Positions 24,301-38,218 of a stretch of DNA of 64,000 nucleotides are shown here, in pieces (positions within the stretch are counted from its first letter, which is position 1; every line of letters starts with the position of its first letter). The notes beneath the pieces are model-generated. The model saw only the letters and a program-made list of their open reading frames with translations. It was not told the DNA's origin and made no database searches. Source of the DNA: Macrostomum lignano. Taxonomy: Eukaryota. The stretch spans positions 324,019 through 388,018 of the forward strand of contig NIVC01000153.1 in assembly GCA_002269645.1 (NCBI GenBank). The letters run 5' to 3'. The translations under genes were made by a program, and so were the position numbers.

Positions 24301-25583
24301 TACCTACCTACCTACCTATCCAGTGTCGATCTAACTATCTAACCAGTGTACTCGCTTTTCGAAAAAAATCGGCCCTCAAAACGTGTCTCTGGGTTTTTCA
24401 ATGTACTTAAAAGTTATTTACGCAACATATCGTTAAGGATCTCCCTTCCCCCTTACCCACTGCCCATCTGCAGACGGACTCGGAGACGTACACCAGCTAC
24501 GCTATTCGGGTGACGCGGCCGCCCGCCGCCCCAGGCCAGCCGGCCATCCAGTGGGAGCTGCTGCGCCGGTACTCGGAATTCTCCGACCTGCAGTCCGGCC
24601 TGGCTACCCGCTGGAGCCGCTTGGGCCGGCTGCCATTTCCGGCCAAGACTTCCGTGCGCGGCCGCCTCAATCCCAGCTTAGTTGAGCAGCGCCGGCGCCA
24701 GCTTGACGCCTTCCTGCGCGCCGTTATCGATGCCTGCTGCGCCGGCGTTGGCGCCGACAAACCGAAAGCCGAATCGGCTTTGCAATTGCTGCGCCAATTT
24801 CTGCAACAACCACAGGAGCAGCAGCAACAGCAGCAGCAGCTGGCGGCAGTCGGGAACGCTCTGGACAGTCTTATCGATGGCGTCAAGCGCAGCTTCATGA
24901 AGCGGCCGAGCTCCACGCCGACCCTCGGCTCCAACGTCAATTCCTCCGCCGTCGCCGCGTCGCCGACAAACTCCGGCTCCGATTCCGACATTGAAGACGG
25001 CGACTCCTCAGACGACGGTAGCGGCGCGGCCGGGCCGAGCAACCTGCCGCTGCGGCTGCTGCTGCTTCTGCTAGACGAGGTGTTCGACCTGCGCGACAGG
25101 AGCCGCGTCCTGCGCAAGGCCGTGGTGTCGACGCTCAGCCGACTGCTACGGGCGCTGCTCGGCGACCGGGTGAACCGGCGCATTGTTGACTGGGCCCGCC
25201 TGCTTACCGGGCCGCAGAGCGTCGCCGACGGCCTTCGTCAGCTGCGCGAGGCGCTGTTCGACCAGCCGGCTGAGACGCCGGAACGGCAGCCGGTTGACGC
25301 CGTGCGGACTCGCCTGCTGTGCCGGGCGGTGCTGCTGGCCAGCGTGCCCGGCGAGCTGCGCCAGCTGCTTGGCAACGAGGCCGTCCGGCAGGGCGTTGAC
25401 CGGCTGTTCCGCATGCTGCAATGCGAGGAGCTCAACAGGCGGCTGCTGCTGGTGCTGTTGGAGTCCGCGCTTGCTGTGGCGTTTCCGGAATGCCGGCTGG
25501 AGCCGCTGTTGGCCCGGCTGGCCGCCCGGGCCGAGGCTGAGGAGGCTGAGGCAACGGCGGAGGCGGCTGCTGCGGCTTCATGA
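21309..25583 (+). CDS. SNX13: Sorting nexin 13-like (TM-PXA-RGS-PX-PXC). Exons 21309-22175, 22761-23135, 23630-24001, 24474-25583
   Basis: N-terminal hydrophobic segments; PXA (VREFVSAAWY); RGS-like (FSAVMDNPAGLAAFHSYL..GFYLNIEGWR); PX (LRRYSEF..FPAK..VEQRRRQLDAFL); C-terminal PLRLLLLLLDEVFDLRDR resembling SNX13. GT-AG junctions are in phase. Confidence 0.85.
22440..22615 (-). mobile_element. SINE family A copy (internally deleted), intronic
   Basis: Reverse complement of the family A body; B-box remnant AAATTGAACC. Confidence 0.75.
23215..23610. repeat. 42 bp intronic minisatellite (GCACTGCTCAAATCTGCTGTCCCTGTGTCAGAACTGCTTTGA)
   Basis: Directly visible. Confidence 0.93.
24228..24320. repeat. 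(CTAC)n microsatellite
   Basis: Directly visible. Confidence 0.95.
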
Positions 25584-27226
25584 CGCCCCCCCCCCACTAA
25601 TTGGTTTTATTTGATTATTTCTAAAGTTGATATTAAACTTGCGCCGTACTTTTATAGCAGCTTTTAACTACTAATTAGCTGACGAGGCACTTAGAACTTA
25701 GTATTGCTGGTATTTACTCCAGCCGTTTACCTTTACATTACCTTACAGACCACCAATAACACTTAGATTGACACTGGCCATATGCTTTGTAGGTAATTAT
25801 AACTACTAATTAGCTGACTAGGCAGTCAACGCTAAGTAAGTTTGCCTTACTGTATTTTATGCAATAAAGCATGTTTAAAGGTTAAGCGATTTCTAAAAGT
25901 TTATGTGAAGATCTGCTTCAATAATATGGAATCTCAAAGTTGTAAAAGTTTTATTTTACAAAATAAGCATTATCAGCCTGTTTGTACCATTTCTTTCTAT
26001 TTTATTTTCACTAGCGCAATCAATTTCGACTCAGCGACCTTACGCAGCACTATTTTTGTACATGCTTACAATTTGTATCGCTTTCATTGTGCGCATTCGA
26101 TCACTTCTATCAATGTTTGGTCTCAGCTTCTATCAGTTTATGCTTTTCTGCTTTCCTATTGTCTAAATTTTATATTTACATTTAGGGTGAGCTACTACTC
26201 AGTTTAAGTAGTAATTACTGACAAATGACAATGTTGTTGTTATGTCACTGCTAACTCTATATCAGCTCTTCCTTGCCTTTTTGGTGTTGTTCACAAAAAT
26301 AATTTATCTGATGTGAACTAGCTAGCTATATTTTTATCTATTCATATTTTTCGTTGTCTTTTGCGTGTTTCACAGTCACCGATGCGGCGCCGCTATATCC
26401 ATTTTCCCAACTGAACATTGTCGTTCTGTGATTCCAAAGCTAAGATGTTTATTAAGTTATTTTGTTAAAATCAGATATCAACCACTTACAGATTGGATTG
26501 CATTCTAAATTTTGTTGAGCTACTTAATAAATTATTGTTGCTTTTTCTTTCGATTCTTCCGGCAATATGCGGCAAATTTAAATTGCGATTAAATTGAAAA
26601 AGATAAACAAATTTTATTTGCCTTTTAGTCGCTTGATTTAGGATTAGTTGCAGTGTATTTATTGCAGCTGATAGTGCACTTTTATAGATGACAAAGGTGC
26701 GAGATTGCTATGAATCAATTAACAATTAATATTTTATTCGTCAACCTCTTTAGCTAGTTTTTTTTTAATTTTAATTTCTCTGGTTTTAAAAAGAACACCT
26801 CAATTTTTTGAAGAAAACACTTGGCACAAATTTAAACAGATTAAATTTTCGGAAATTAATAATGAAAATAGAAACTACAATAATTTGATCGCAAAGCTTT
26901 TGCTTTTGATAGTTGAAAGGTTTGAAATTAGGGTTGATAAATTTTTAATAAGACAAAAATATTAGTCAACTTGCTACACTAGAAGAAACAAAGAGTAAAT
27001 TTCACTGTCATTTTAGACTTACGGAACTGTTTGGTACATATCTTCCTGCAAATCGATACATATCGGCATTCGTCTTTCCTGCTATCATTGTCTAACCACT
27101 GTGCTCCTAACCGAATGTACATAGAGGTTCGCTTCTCTCTACCCCCTAGTCTGTCGCTCATTGGCTGGCGCAAGTTGCAGCCAACCCCATGACAGCCGCA
27201 CCCACCTCACGCCCCCGCCCAGGCTC

Positions 27227-27766
27227 TCAGTCGTCGCAGGCGCCCCTGGCGCAGGCCTCATTAATAATGTCGTGCGCTTGCGCGATGCCCTGATTAGCGG
27301 CGCTGTGCAGGAAACGCCGAACGTCGCCTCGTTTCAGCTCCGTCTGGATGCCTTTGAGATGCCCGACGGCCAGGTTGTAGGAGGCGTGCGGATGTCCCTG
27401 CTCGGCGGCCTTGTGAAACCAGCGCATCGCCTCCGGATGGTGCTGCTCCACACCTTTGCCGTGCAGGTAGCGCTGGCCGATCTGGTGCTGCGCCTCCTTG
27501 AAGCCCATGTGGGCGTAGGCCTTGGTCACATGGAAGTGAAGGTGATCGAAGTAATAATAGGCGTAGTAGGCGAAACAGGCCGTGCCCACGAGTACGGTGA
27601 TCTCGATGGCCGTCACCCACCACGGGTCCGGCTTCTTGCGCCTGGCTAGAAACACCTTGCCGCCGTAGGGCATGCTGGGGTCCCAGTCGTCATCGGGCGC
27701 GGGCTGGTAGGCCGGCTCGCTGCTCAAGTTGCTCCTCTGACGCAGCTGACTTCCGCTGGCTGACAT
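27227..27766 (-). CDS. Single-exon membrane-anchored Sel1-like repeat protein (179 aa)
   Basis: One TM segment (WWVTAIEITVLVGTACFAYYAYYY) followed by Sel1 repeats (AQHQIGQRYLHGKGVEQ..AMRWFHKAAEQGHPHASYNLA). Confidence 0.85.
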   Translation of the reverse strand: MSASGSQLRQRSNLSSEPAYQPAPDDDWDPSMPYGGKVFLARRKKPDPWWVTAIEITVLVGTACFAYYAYYYFDHLHFHVTKAYAHMGFKEAQHQIGQRYLHGKGVEQHHPEAMRWFHKAAEQGHPHASYNLAVGHLKGIQTELKRGDVRRFLHSAANQGIAQAHDIINEACARGACDD

Positions 27767-28336
27767 GTTGCTGGCTAGGGGTGAGTTGTAGAATCTGGGC
27801 AGTATAGAATATGGGAATACTGCTTGACTGGGGAGCAGCGGATTTTAAAGGGATATGCAAATTTTCTGCTTCACTGAAAACTCCCTTCCTAGTTTCTCCT
27901 CTGAGTGTACGGCGAGAGAGCTGTTTACCTCTGGTTGTCATGGCAACTGACGTTTCCGTCTCTCCCTCTCCCACTCTCTGTCTCTCTTGAGCGGAAAATT
28001 GAGGCAGCTTTTGGGAGAAGAAATGCTCCCAGTGTAATCCCTCCAGTGATGGCGGAGGCTGCGGGAGTAAAGGTAGACAAAGCCTGAGCAGCAGAAGAGA
28101 TGAGAACACGACTAAACAATGGAGAGCTGCATGGTAGGATGGCAGCGCTGGGGTCCGCGTACGTTGTCTGCCACTTCCCCCGTGCTTTCCTCAAGCACAG
28201 CTGCAGTTCTGCAGTTGATCAGTCAGGCAATGCAGGAAGCAACCTTTCTCAGCAGGGGTTAAGTTCATTTCGGCTTGCTTGAGCTGATGATATAATTCTG
28301 ATAAAAGCCACTTATAGTGTGATAGTGTATTTACAA

Positions 28337-29297
28337 TATTCCTTTTTGCGGCCTAGTTGGTACTGCAAGCTTTCAATTTAATCAAAGATACGGAAATCAG
28401 ACTTGCGAGACTGAAAATTTTCTGTTCATGGTCGACACTCGCTGGCATAGCGGAGTTCAATTTAATCCGGGGAGCATCAATTTGATCATTCTAATCATAT
28501 AACGTTAGATATCCTGTGTTGAAACAAAATTCGCTTACTTATAATCGTTGACAAAAACTGAAACAGAACTACACAATAAACAAATAAACGCTTTGGCGCT
28601 GGATGTTGTCGAGTCAAAAAATGTTTAGTTGACTGGCTGTCCGGCGATGCAGGCTGGAATAAACCTCAGCATCTGCCGGTACCAGCCTCCGTATTTGGCA
28701 ACGGTCACTTCTCGGGTTGCGTCCTCTGCAACCCTCTGTAGGACAAGGATTCGCCACTCTCGTAGCGAATGACCATCAGGCGGAGTGTCCAGCTCTCTTG
28801 CAGTTGTGGTTGAGCCAGCTGGCGTTTGATGGCTGCCTTCAGGCAGGCGTGCGCGTTTTCCACAGGATTGAGGAACGACGAGTAAGGAGGCAATGCCACC
28901 AGGCGCCAAGCGGGCTGAAATTGATCTGGAATTGTCACTCCATGATGAAAACGGGCTCCATCCATGATCACACAGAACTAACTCCTCGCCATCCAGGTAC
29001 ATCACGACTCTTCACGCTTTGCACCAGATCATTGATGAACGTCTGGAACCTGACTGCCGTCATAGTCTCTCCGAGGATCATGATGTAAAAGACAAGCTAA
29101 AAACAAGTGACGATGACAGTAAAAATGTGCATTGAATGCATAGAATGATCAAATTGATGCCCCCAGGATTAAATTGAACTCCGCTAAGCCAGTGAGTGTC
29201 GACCATAGACAGAAAATTTTCAGTCTCGCAAGTCTGATTTCCGTATCTATGATTAAATTGAAAGCTTGCAGTGCCAACTAGGCCGCAAAAAGGAATA
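28337..29297 (-). mobile_element. IS630/Tc1-mariner deletion derivative with about 157 bp terminal inverted repeats and TA ends; DDE_3 transposase fragment at 28625-29005
   Basis: 28337-28493 is the reverse complement of 29141-29297 and both end in TA. Internal IMDGARFHH...LPPYSSFLNPVE motif. Confidence 0.85.
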
Positions 29298-30823
29298 ATG
29301 CTTGAAATTATATGCCATTGATGGTGAAAACAGGTTCTCACTTTAAAATCATGAGTATGTTTGAGTATTTTCTTTAAACACCCTAACTACTAAAGGTTCA
29401 AACCAAGCCTCAAAATTCCATCAGCACGTCGACCACATGTGTCTGCATCAGCCCTGACTTCGTTGGTCACTGTCCTTCACCCAGGCTCCTTCAACAGGTG
29501 GCTCAGGTGGTTCATGGCTTGAACTGAACACCTTGATGCGAATTTCTCAAGTTTCGCTGATCAAGCTTTGACAACGGGCAAGTGTCGACTGTTGGACATC
29601 CTCAGCTAATCTCAGCTAAGCGCAGCAAAAAAGTTGTCAGGGTGGGGGATCGAATTCCCCCTTTTGGTAGTTCTACTGTTAAACATGGTTCTGAACCGAC
29701 TGTAAATTGCTTTGCTCAATCTTGAACCAGCGGGGCTACTAGGCCGGCCTTAACCGAAATTTGAGTAACCGGATTTTAATCGGAAGGTAGACGATGTTAT
29801 AGTGACATAAAAATTGTTTGCTCCCGATATGATGTACGAGAGTACATTTAAACTTGGTGTAACGCATGTCATCCAATATACTGTACATAATGTTCGGAGT
29901 GAATATAGTTAATGTGTCCGATTTTTTCCGGTTTTGATCTTCATTTCTCGACCGTTACTCGCCCGTTAGTCGAAAGCGTGTCTGGTTTGGTCGCGGACCG
30001 TTTGTTAAGAAAATCAAATTTAAACTCGCGCCAAAAAAACAGTCCTAAACAATCGTTTCAAAACACGTCCAAAGTGTACTTTCAGGATTAAATAAATCGT
30101 TTTTGGTTGTGTTAATAATAGTTTTCAGGATAGTTAAGGATGGTTTAACAATCGCACATTTTGGCGCCAATTTGAATTGGGTTTATTTTTAACGATTTCA
30201 CCAAAAACGTTGCGGAATATGATCTTTTTCGGGTTTCAAACTAAATTAAGCATTGAAAATAACAAGGAAACTATAAAATTGTTTATTTTGACTTTATAAA
30301 CTGTTTTAAACAACTCGATAGAAAAACAAAACTAAGAAAGCAAACTCTGTAACGGTATATTTTAAACTTGCAAGACAAAAGTATGCCCATTAGTTAGTCA
30401 ATACAAAGCTATCTGCATGCAAATTCGCAAGTTTGTGCAGTACTGTTCAATCTGTGGTTTGGCATACGCAGTCAGTGTGAAATAAGTCGAGTAAATACGG
30501 CAAATGTGAATCATAGGCACGGCAATTGTTTACCAAAGCTGGGAAGTTATGTAATATTTTGGTTTGCCATAACTTTCGTTGCTAATTCATGATTTATTCT
30601 TCTCTTTTCTAGTTTCAGACCATGCCCCATTTGCACTCGGAGTTATTTATCCTCCAGACTGGCCTGCACCCACCCCACACTGTACATTATTTATCAACCA
30701 GACTGGCCTGCACCCACCCCCTTCACACTGTACACTATTTATCCTCCAGACTGACCTGCACTTTACCCCACACTGTACATTACTGTTTAAATATGATTAG
30801 TCGAAGGCCACACGGAGAGGCAA

Positions 30824-33800
30824 TCAATCCTCGGCCGCTCCCTCCACCTCCAGCTTGTTCCAGATGTTGCGCTGGAACGGGTTTCTATAGTCGGGAAAGT
30901 CGCTCTCCCAGCCGAATCGCTGGCGGTAGCGCGACTTCGACGCCAGCAGGGACCCGGTGTCCGGCTGCTCCAGCCAGTGGCCTTTCGGGTGCGCTGTCAC
31001 GTCCTCGGCCTCTTCGTAGCCTCCGTCTAGTGCGTTGGCGTCGTGCAGAATGCGAGCCTTCCGCCGGATGTGCGCCTCCTCTTCGTCTTCGATGCGCGGT
31101 GCCGGCGCTGGCGCCTGGACGATGCTGTCGGCGAGACGGCGCGCCCCGCCTTCGCTGCCTTTTGCGCTGCCCTGAGATGGGAGTCGATTTGAGACGAGTT
31201 GAGTTAAGGATTGGAATAGTGGCTAATTCAGGGACTTCTAGGTATATTAAGGATAGGACTAGGGACTGCATGTAACATCAAGCAATAGAGACGTGCTTGT
31301 TATCAGAGCGTGGTGGAATGCAGTAGCAGTGTATACACCGAGTACACACGAGGGTTGGTCTGGAAATATCTGACAGCATTTTACTCACATCTAATCCATG
31401 AAATCACTGTGATATGTTAGGTTTCCTCACCTTCCCTTTGGCGCTCTTTTTGCCGCCACCTGCCGCGCCCTTTTTGCCGCCGCCTTTGCCGCCGCCCTTG
31501 CTGCCTTTTCCTTTGCCATCCTTGGCCGCTTCGATAGGAAATTTGGTGCGAATGAAATCGATCACCTCTGCCGAGCCCCAGATCTGCACCACTTCGTGAA
31601 TCATCTCGCCTGAAATGTAGAGGTCAGATGAAAAGTCAAAGGTCTTCGCTGGTCCCATCAGTACCTCTTGAGCAAACGCTTTCATTTGGGGCTTGTGCAC
31701 GAAAATTGGCCGGGGGGGGGGGCTGTCGTGCGATTCCCACCCATCGGGGCCAGCCCCAAACGCGCACAGAAAACCTGAAATTCTTAACAGGAAAAACAAA
31801 ACTTTTTGAAATATACGAGTGAGAACAGAAAAGCTGGGTTAAACAGCTGACTGAATAAGTCTTTTTTGGTGTTGAGTTGCAACATTTCATTCACCTGTCT
31901 TGGTCTCAATAGACGCTTTAGCTCCTTGTTTGAGCAGGAACTCCACTAGGTTGAGATTTGACGTTTCGATAGCTCGCAGCAACGGTGTGGCGCCATTCAG
32001 CGCCACGGCTTCAATGTTGGCGCCGTTCTTCAGCAGCAGTTCGACCATGTCGATCAGGCCAGCGTGGCAGGCGTGGTGCAGCGGCGTCCATTTGAAATTG
32101 TCGCGTGCATTCACATCGGCTCTAAATTAATATGGATAGTGACGTTTTCTGATTGTTGATTCTTCCTGTAACAGCTGTGTGTCTGTAACAGCTGTGTGTC
32201 TGTAACAGCTGGGTGTCTGTAACAGCTGGGTGTCTGTAACAGCTGGGTGTCTGTAACAGCTGTGTGTCTGTAACAGCTGTGTGTCTGTAACAGCTGTGTG
32301 TCTGTAACAGCTGGGTGTCTGTAACAGCTGGGTGTCTGTAACAGCTGTGTGTCTGTAACAGCTGGGTGTCTGTAATAGCTGGGTGTCTGTAGCAGCTGTG
32401 TGTCTGTAACAGCTGGGTGTCTGTAACAGCTGGGTGTCTGTAACAGCTGGATGTCTGTAACAGCTGTGTGTCTGTAACAGCTGGGTGTCTGTAATAGCTG
32501 GGTGTCTGTAACAGCTGTGTGTCTGTAACAGCTGGGTGTCTGTAACAGCTGGGTGTCTGTAACAGCTGTGTGTCTGTAACAGCTGGGTGTCTGTAACAGC
32601 TGGGTGTCTGTAACAGCTGGATGTCTGTAACAGCTGGGTGTCTGTAACAGCTGGGTGTCTGTAACAGCTGTGTGTCTGTAACAGCTGATTGTCTGTAGCA
32701 GCTCGGTGTAGGCACCGGCATTTCATGTTTTAGTTGTATTCCGAGTTGGGCAATTTCCCCTAACTCTTGTGAGGTTTCTTCTGGTCCTGGGATGCTTAGC
32801 CTTTGTGTTTTGGACTTTTGTTTTGCGTCACTGACGTCATCACACAAGACACACAGAAGCCGATGCTCACCCAGCCTCCAACAGGAACTTGGCCACCTCC
32901 ATGTTGCCATAGTGAGCGGCCACCATCAGCGGCGTCTTGAACAGGCGGTCCCGCGTCTCAGTGCTGTAGCCCTTCTGCAGAGCCAGCTTAATAGAGTCCA
33001 GATCGCCGTGTTTCGCCGCGTCGTTGATGTTGACGAAGGTGTGGGCGGGCGCGGCCACGTACCAGGCGGAGTCGTCCTGCAGCGGGTGAGCAGGCGGCCG
33101 GTCCCGGTCGAAGCGCTCTGCGTCGGTGACGTTGCTGACCTGCGGCACGAACATGATGGGAGGGCCGCCCTCAGCCGTGCGCAACATCTGCTCGTCTGGC
33201 ATCACGCAGATCTCAAACGGATACTTGGCCTTCTTCTTTCGGCCACCCTTGCCTTTCTTGCCTTTGCCCTTCTTCTCCTTCGGCTCGTACGCAGACATGA
33301 GGTAGAGTTTGTTGATGTACTTCTTCGCCAGCAGGAAGTCGCGATAGTCGAACGAGCCGTTTTTGGCCTTGTCGTACAGCGGCCCGAGCTTCTTGGCGCA
33401 GTCCTCGGTCCACGGGGCCCCCAGCGCCAGCATCGTCTGCGCCGCGTCCTCCAGAGTCACCTGGCCAGAGCCGGACGTGTCAAACTCCGCCTGCAGCCGC
33501 GCCTGAAGATCGGCGCCCCGAACCACCGTCCAGTCGTACAGCGCTAGCGCCCAGCGCTCGCAGTTCCGCCCGGCCCGGCCGTAGGACTTCTCCACCTTGC
33601 GTAGCTCTTTCAGGCACTCCTTGAAGCCTTTGTCCTTAGCGATCACTCGCGGAGTCTCGCCGTCGGCGTTCTTCGGCTTCGGATTGCAGCCTCGCTGGCC
33701 GAGGAACTTGATGCACAGCGCCCGGTCCGCCGCGGCCGCCTCGTGCACCGGGTTGCACTGGCGCAGGTCGTAGGCGTCAAAATTGGCTCCGTAGCCGGAC

Positions 33801-35688
33801 AGGGCAACCAGGCAGCTCAGGTGGCCTCCCTTGGCCGCGTAGTGCGCCGCTGTCCAGCTCTGCTTGTCCACCCGGTTCGGGTCCGCGCCGCCCATCAGCG
33901 CCGCCAGGGCCACTTCGGCGCTGCCGCTGGCGCAGGCGGCCATCAGCGGGGTCCGGTTGCTGGCCCGCTGCACCACATCCGGGTTGGCCCCGTGGGCCAG
34001 CAGCGCCCGGCAGCAGGCCGGATTCTTGTCGGCCGTCTCGCAGGCGACGAAAAATGCCGTCCGACCGTCATTAGCGGCGGAATTGACGTCGGCCTCGTGT
34101 TTTAGCGCCACCTGCATGCACTGAGCATGCCGCTCGGTGGGCTGGATGCAGTAGAACAGCACGTCTGCACAACACGGATTGGGAATAGAAATGCACATGC
34201 GTCAGAATTAGACTGGTCCTTTTAATTACCCTCTACTGAAGAATCCCATCCCCCACCCAGCCTTCCCCACCCCCTCTCCTGCACAATCCCGCCCCGCCAC
34301 CCAGCCTTCCCCACCCCCTCTCCTGCACAATCCCGCCCCGCCACCCAGCCTTCCCCACCCCCTCTCCTGCACAATCCCGCCCCGCCACCCAGCCTTCCCC
34401 ACCCCCTCTCCTGCACAATCCCGCCCCGCCACCCAGCCTTCCCCATCCCCTCTCCTGCACAATCCCACCCCGCCACCCAGCCTTCCCCACCCCCTCTCCT
34501 GCACAATCCCGCCCCGCCACCCAGCCTTCCCCACCCCCTCTCCTGCACAATCCCGCCCCGTCACCCAGCCTTCCCCATCCCCTCTCCTGCACAATCCCGC
34601 CCCGCCACCCAGCCTTCCCCACCCCCTCTCCTGTGCCATCCCCGCTTCCTTGCCTCCCTGATATACATTTACTGTCTCCAGATGAAGCAACTCGGTGTTT
34701 AAAAATAACAAATACAAAGTGAGCCAAAGTAATAACTAATACCAGTAAATTTAAAACAAAATAGCAAAGTGATTCAACTGGTGATTCTTCGAAATAAAAC
34801 GGACCCACAGAACTGTAACATGAGAGTGATCTTAAACAGTTGAGGCTAAAGATTTCACAGATACCTCATTAAACAAACCACGGTATTAGAAAACAGCTAG
34901 AAATCTGCAAATGTCAGTCGCGTAAAATTTTGTTGGTTTTAGGTAAAATATCATGGCAAAGGGCTTGATTCGGTAAAATGCAGCAACATGCATCTCTGCG
35001 TCAGTGAATGCATTTGCGCATGCATCATTCAAGTTTTAAGTGCGTAGGCTAGCTTTTTTCTAGTTGATAATTTTCCAACTCACTTTTTCCTGACGAATCG
35101 CGCGCTTTCATATCGGCGCCAGCTTTGGCCAGCGCCTCCAGCGCTTGCACGAAGCCCTGCTCTGCTGCGCGCATCGCGGGCGTCACGCCGCCGCGGTCGC
35201 CGAAGTCCGGCAGGGCACCCATCTCCTTGATGAGGAACTGCGAGCGTAGGGAAGAGATGATGGAGCGGCTAGGCGGGGTTGCTAAGGGAACTTGAAGGAA
35301 TTAGTGTGAGACATGCTACATAGTGTCTAACAGCGAACAGTGTAGGTAGCTGTTGTGTCTAACAGCGAACAGATAGCAGTGCAATTTCGTTCTGGTCTGT
35401 CTATCATCAGCGAGAAGTACCTGATTGTTGCATACTCTGTTTAAGCGCACATTGACAATGCAGACAGGCAGTTCAGCCAACCCCCAACCCCACCTCAACC
35501 ATATCCTCGTCGTTCTCCTTGGCCGCCACAATCAGCGGTGTCTCGCCATCCTGCGGCTCTCCGTAGTTGACCAGCTGCGGGATGCCGCTGGCCACGAGTT
35601 TGCGTATTTGGTCCCGGTTCCTGTCGCGGACGCATTGTATCAGCTTGCAGATTTGCAGCGAATCGATTCGCTCCCTGGCGATGGGCAT
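30824..35688 (-). CDS. ANKEF1: Ankyrin repeat and EF-hand domain-containing protein 1. Exons 35688-35494, 35237-35084, 34164-32871, 32121-31895, 31609-31431, 31171-30824
   Basis: LQICKLIQCVR..N-terminus, VLFYCIQPTERH, multiple ankyrin repeats, WALALYDW, RFDRDRPPAHPLQDDSAWY, DNFKWTPLHHACHAG. Splice phases are consistent. Confidence 0.92.
31670..31775 (+). mobile_element. SINE family A fragment, intronic
   Basis: TTCATTTGGGGCTTGTGCACGAAAA...GGGGCCAGCCCCAA matches family A. Confidence 0.65.
32165..32705. repeat. 17 bp minisatellite (CTGTAACAGCTGGGTGT)
   Basis: Directly visible. Confidence 0.95.
34250..34635. repeat. 44 bp C-rich minisatellite (CCCAGCCTTCCCCACCCCCTCTCCTGCACAATCCCGCCCCGCCA)
   Basis: Directly visible. 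Confidence 0.93.
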
Positions 35689-38218
35689 TCCAGCTGGCGC
35701 ATGAGTTATTTGAGACCACAAAAGAAATTTAAATAATTTGCAAATAAGTATAGAATTTCTTTAAAAATCTTCAGGAATTATATTGTACTTTCTTTCAATT
35801 TCTTTTAGAAATAATAAAATATGGCTCTGTTAGACTTGCGATTGAAAAAGTTGACTCGACTTTAAAGAGATGAGTATTTTTAGCTCTTACTAAAATACAA
35901 ATATAGCAAATTTGCCTAAATATTTGCTATAAACAAAAAACTCGGAAATAACTCTAGTTAGACCTTAAGCTTCTCTAATTATATAATGGAATTTAAATTA
36001 CTGTTTTATACAAATAAAACGCTTCTGTAAATAAGACATGAAAGTATCACAACCAAAAGTGTTTTATAAAAACTCGACAATTCAAGTAAGAACTTTGAAA
36101 TAATATTATATTTTTATATAAATAGAGTAAAGAAATGCAATAATGTGTGTATAATCATTCAACAAAAAATTCTATGTAGGCCCTATATAATTATTACTTT
36201 TATTTTTATAATAGAAATGTTCATGGGTAATTTTATGCTTTTATTTTATTTTATTTTTAATTGTTTATATTGTTCTAATCTAGCTGACTAGCTATAAAAT
36301 GGATTTTGGTAAAAAAGCTTATACATAAAGTAATGAAAATTCTCGAACTTCTCGAAGAAAATATACTTAGTAGCATATACCAACACAATAACTATTAGAC
36401 ATTTGTGCAGAGCCTTTGAAAAAAAGTGAGAAAACTAAAAACAGTGAACAAAAATCTGTCTAAAAAGCCAGACGGATAACTTCATCTGAAGGCAAGACTG
36501 CTTTTAGTTCTTTAAGTTTTCGTGCTAATTTCCAACGACCTCTTCATTTTGAATGCACTTTAAACGATGCGTCTACAACTTCTATGACAACGTAGTATAG
36601 ATTAACAAACACTTGATATTTAACTTGAAATGATGTTTTACAAAGAGTAAAACCCAGATAGCTAATTTACTTTTAAGCGTTTTTAATCAAAACCAACAGT
36701 TTAATCAAAAGGTTAAATAACCCTCGAAAACTTCGGCTTTTTCTTAGACTTGAATTCATATGGTTAAATAATAATATGTTTATCGCTCTCAGGATTAAAT
36801 AAAATCTTGCAGTCTCGTATTTTGCCTTCGCTAAGTCTGGTGACGTTATGAAAAGGCTCGAATATATTTCTGATAGGCCTATAGATCACTTTTTGCAGAT
36901 TTCCTTTCTTAAGTTATAAATCTGTTTAATCTAGTGCATCTAGGGCAAATTTAAATTGGCGATCAAAAAAGCTACAGAGCTCAGAGCTGCATAATTTAGG
37001 GGTGTACTACAATGCAAATAGAAATCCTAACTGCGTTGAATAAAAAACGAGAATTGGATTTTAACACGATGCAGGCAAATCAACAATAAATTATCGTTGT
37101 TTTCTGTGTTCGGGAATACATAGGACCGTGATCTATCTGATCATATTGCTCTCTTTCAAAATTACAAAAAGTTTATAACAATAGTCATATATATAGAATT
37201 TTCGAAACTCGAATCTTCTTTCAGGCTGAAAGTGCGAACTTGTAGTTCATCCAACATTTATTAGCTATATGCTCATGACATTACGGCCATAAGCCAACGA
37301 GCGGGTGACTCCGCAGACAACTTCCGCCGTGACTCCCCAAGCCCAGTTAGAACTCTGCATGGAAACTGCACTGTTCTGCGAAAATTAGTAGCATACATCT
37401 TATGTTGGATATCTGATTATATTAGGCACGCTATATGGATGTTGATGAACTAGATAATCTTTGCGCGTTGTTAGGATCTACATGTATGTAGAGCAAGGTT
37501 ATTTTGGGCTGTGAACCTGCTAATGCGGGCCGACAGTACATTTGAAATTTGTCTGAGGAATTCTGCAGGTTGGAAAAACTCTAATTAAACGTACAAATTG
37601 AACGTAAATATTTCCAATTCAAGCCTGGTATAATTTTTAAATCTTTTACTGCTTCCTTTTAAAAGAAAATGAAGCAGAGATTTTTTTTTTGCTTCTGAAA
37701 TTTTGCAATCGAAGCGAGCCTTCCTCGAACGGAACGGAATTTTATTATCAATTCAAATTCCTGCCGCCGCAGTGAAACGAAAGGAAACTTAACTGTTTTT
37801 TATATTTTTAACAGAGAAGCAGAGGTCGAACAACAGATACTATAAGAATAACCAGATGGGCCACTCAGCAAAATGTGCGTATAAGCTACTTTCAGTTCAG
37901 TAGAAAGTGTCGCATAAGTATTTTAATGTAGTTTAGGCTTTTGATGTAACATAACTCCCCCGACCGCGTCTTTCCGCCACACAAATATCGGTGTTTTACC
38001 TTGAAGCTGCCCCGAACATTTTCACTGTGGCTGGCTAGTGCTGTTTACGTCTACAAGTCAACTCCAATCGCCTCTATTTTCATAAAATAGCTTTTTAATT
38101 CTTACTTGCTACTGAGCTGAAAGTAGGGCCAGCTGTATAATGCCAAGCAAATGTGCCCCAGTGGCCCAATCTAATTTTGTAGTATCTGAGGGTCGAACCA
38201 AAAGCTCAACATAAACGT

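Noticed and set aside
21408-25614. Overlapping antisense or alternate-frame ORFs in GC-rich exons (also in SLC6, ANKEF1 and the methyltransferase)
   Set aside because: Shadow ORFs expected from high GC3 codon usage; no motifs.
35740-37900. AT-rich block as a second viral or organellar insertion
   Set aside because: No sustained ORFs or recognisable motifs on either strand; it resembles ordinary intergenic DNA like 19.5-21.2 kb and 25.6-27 kb.
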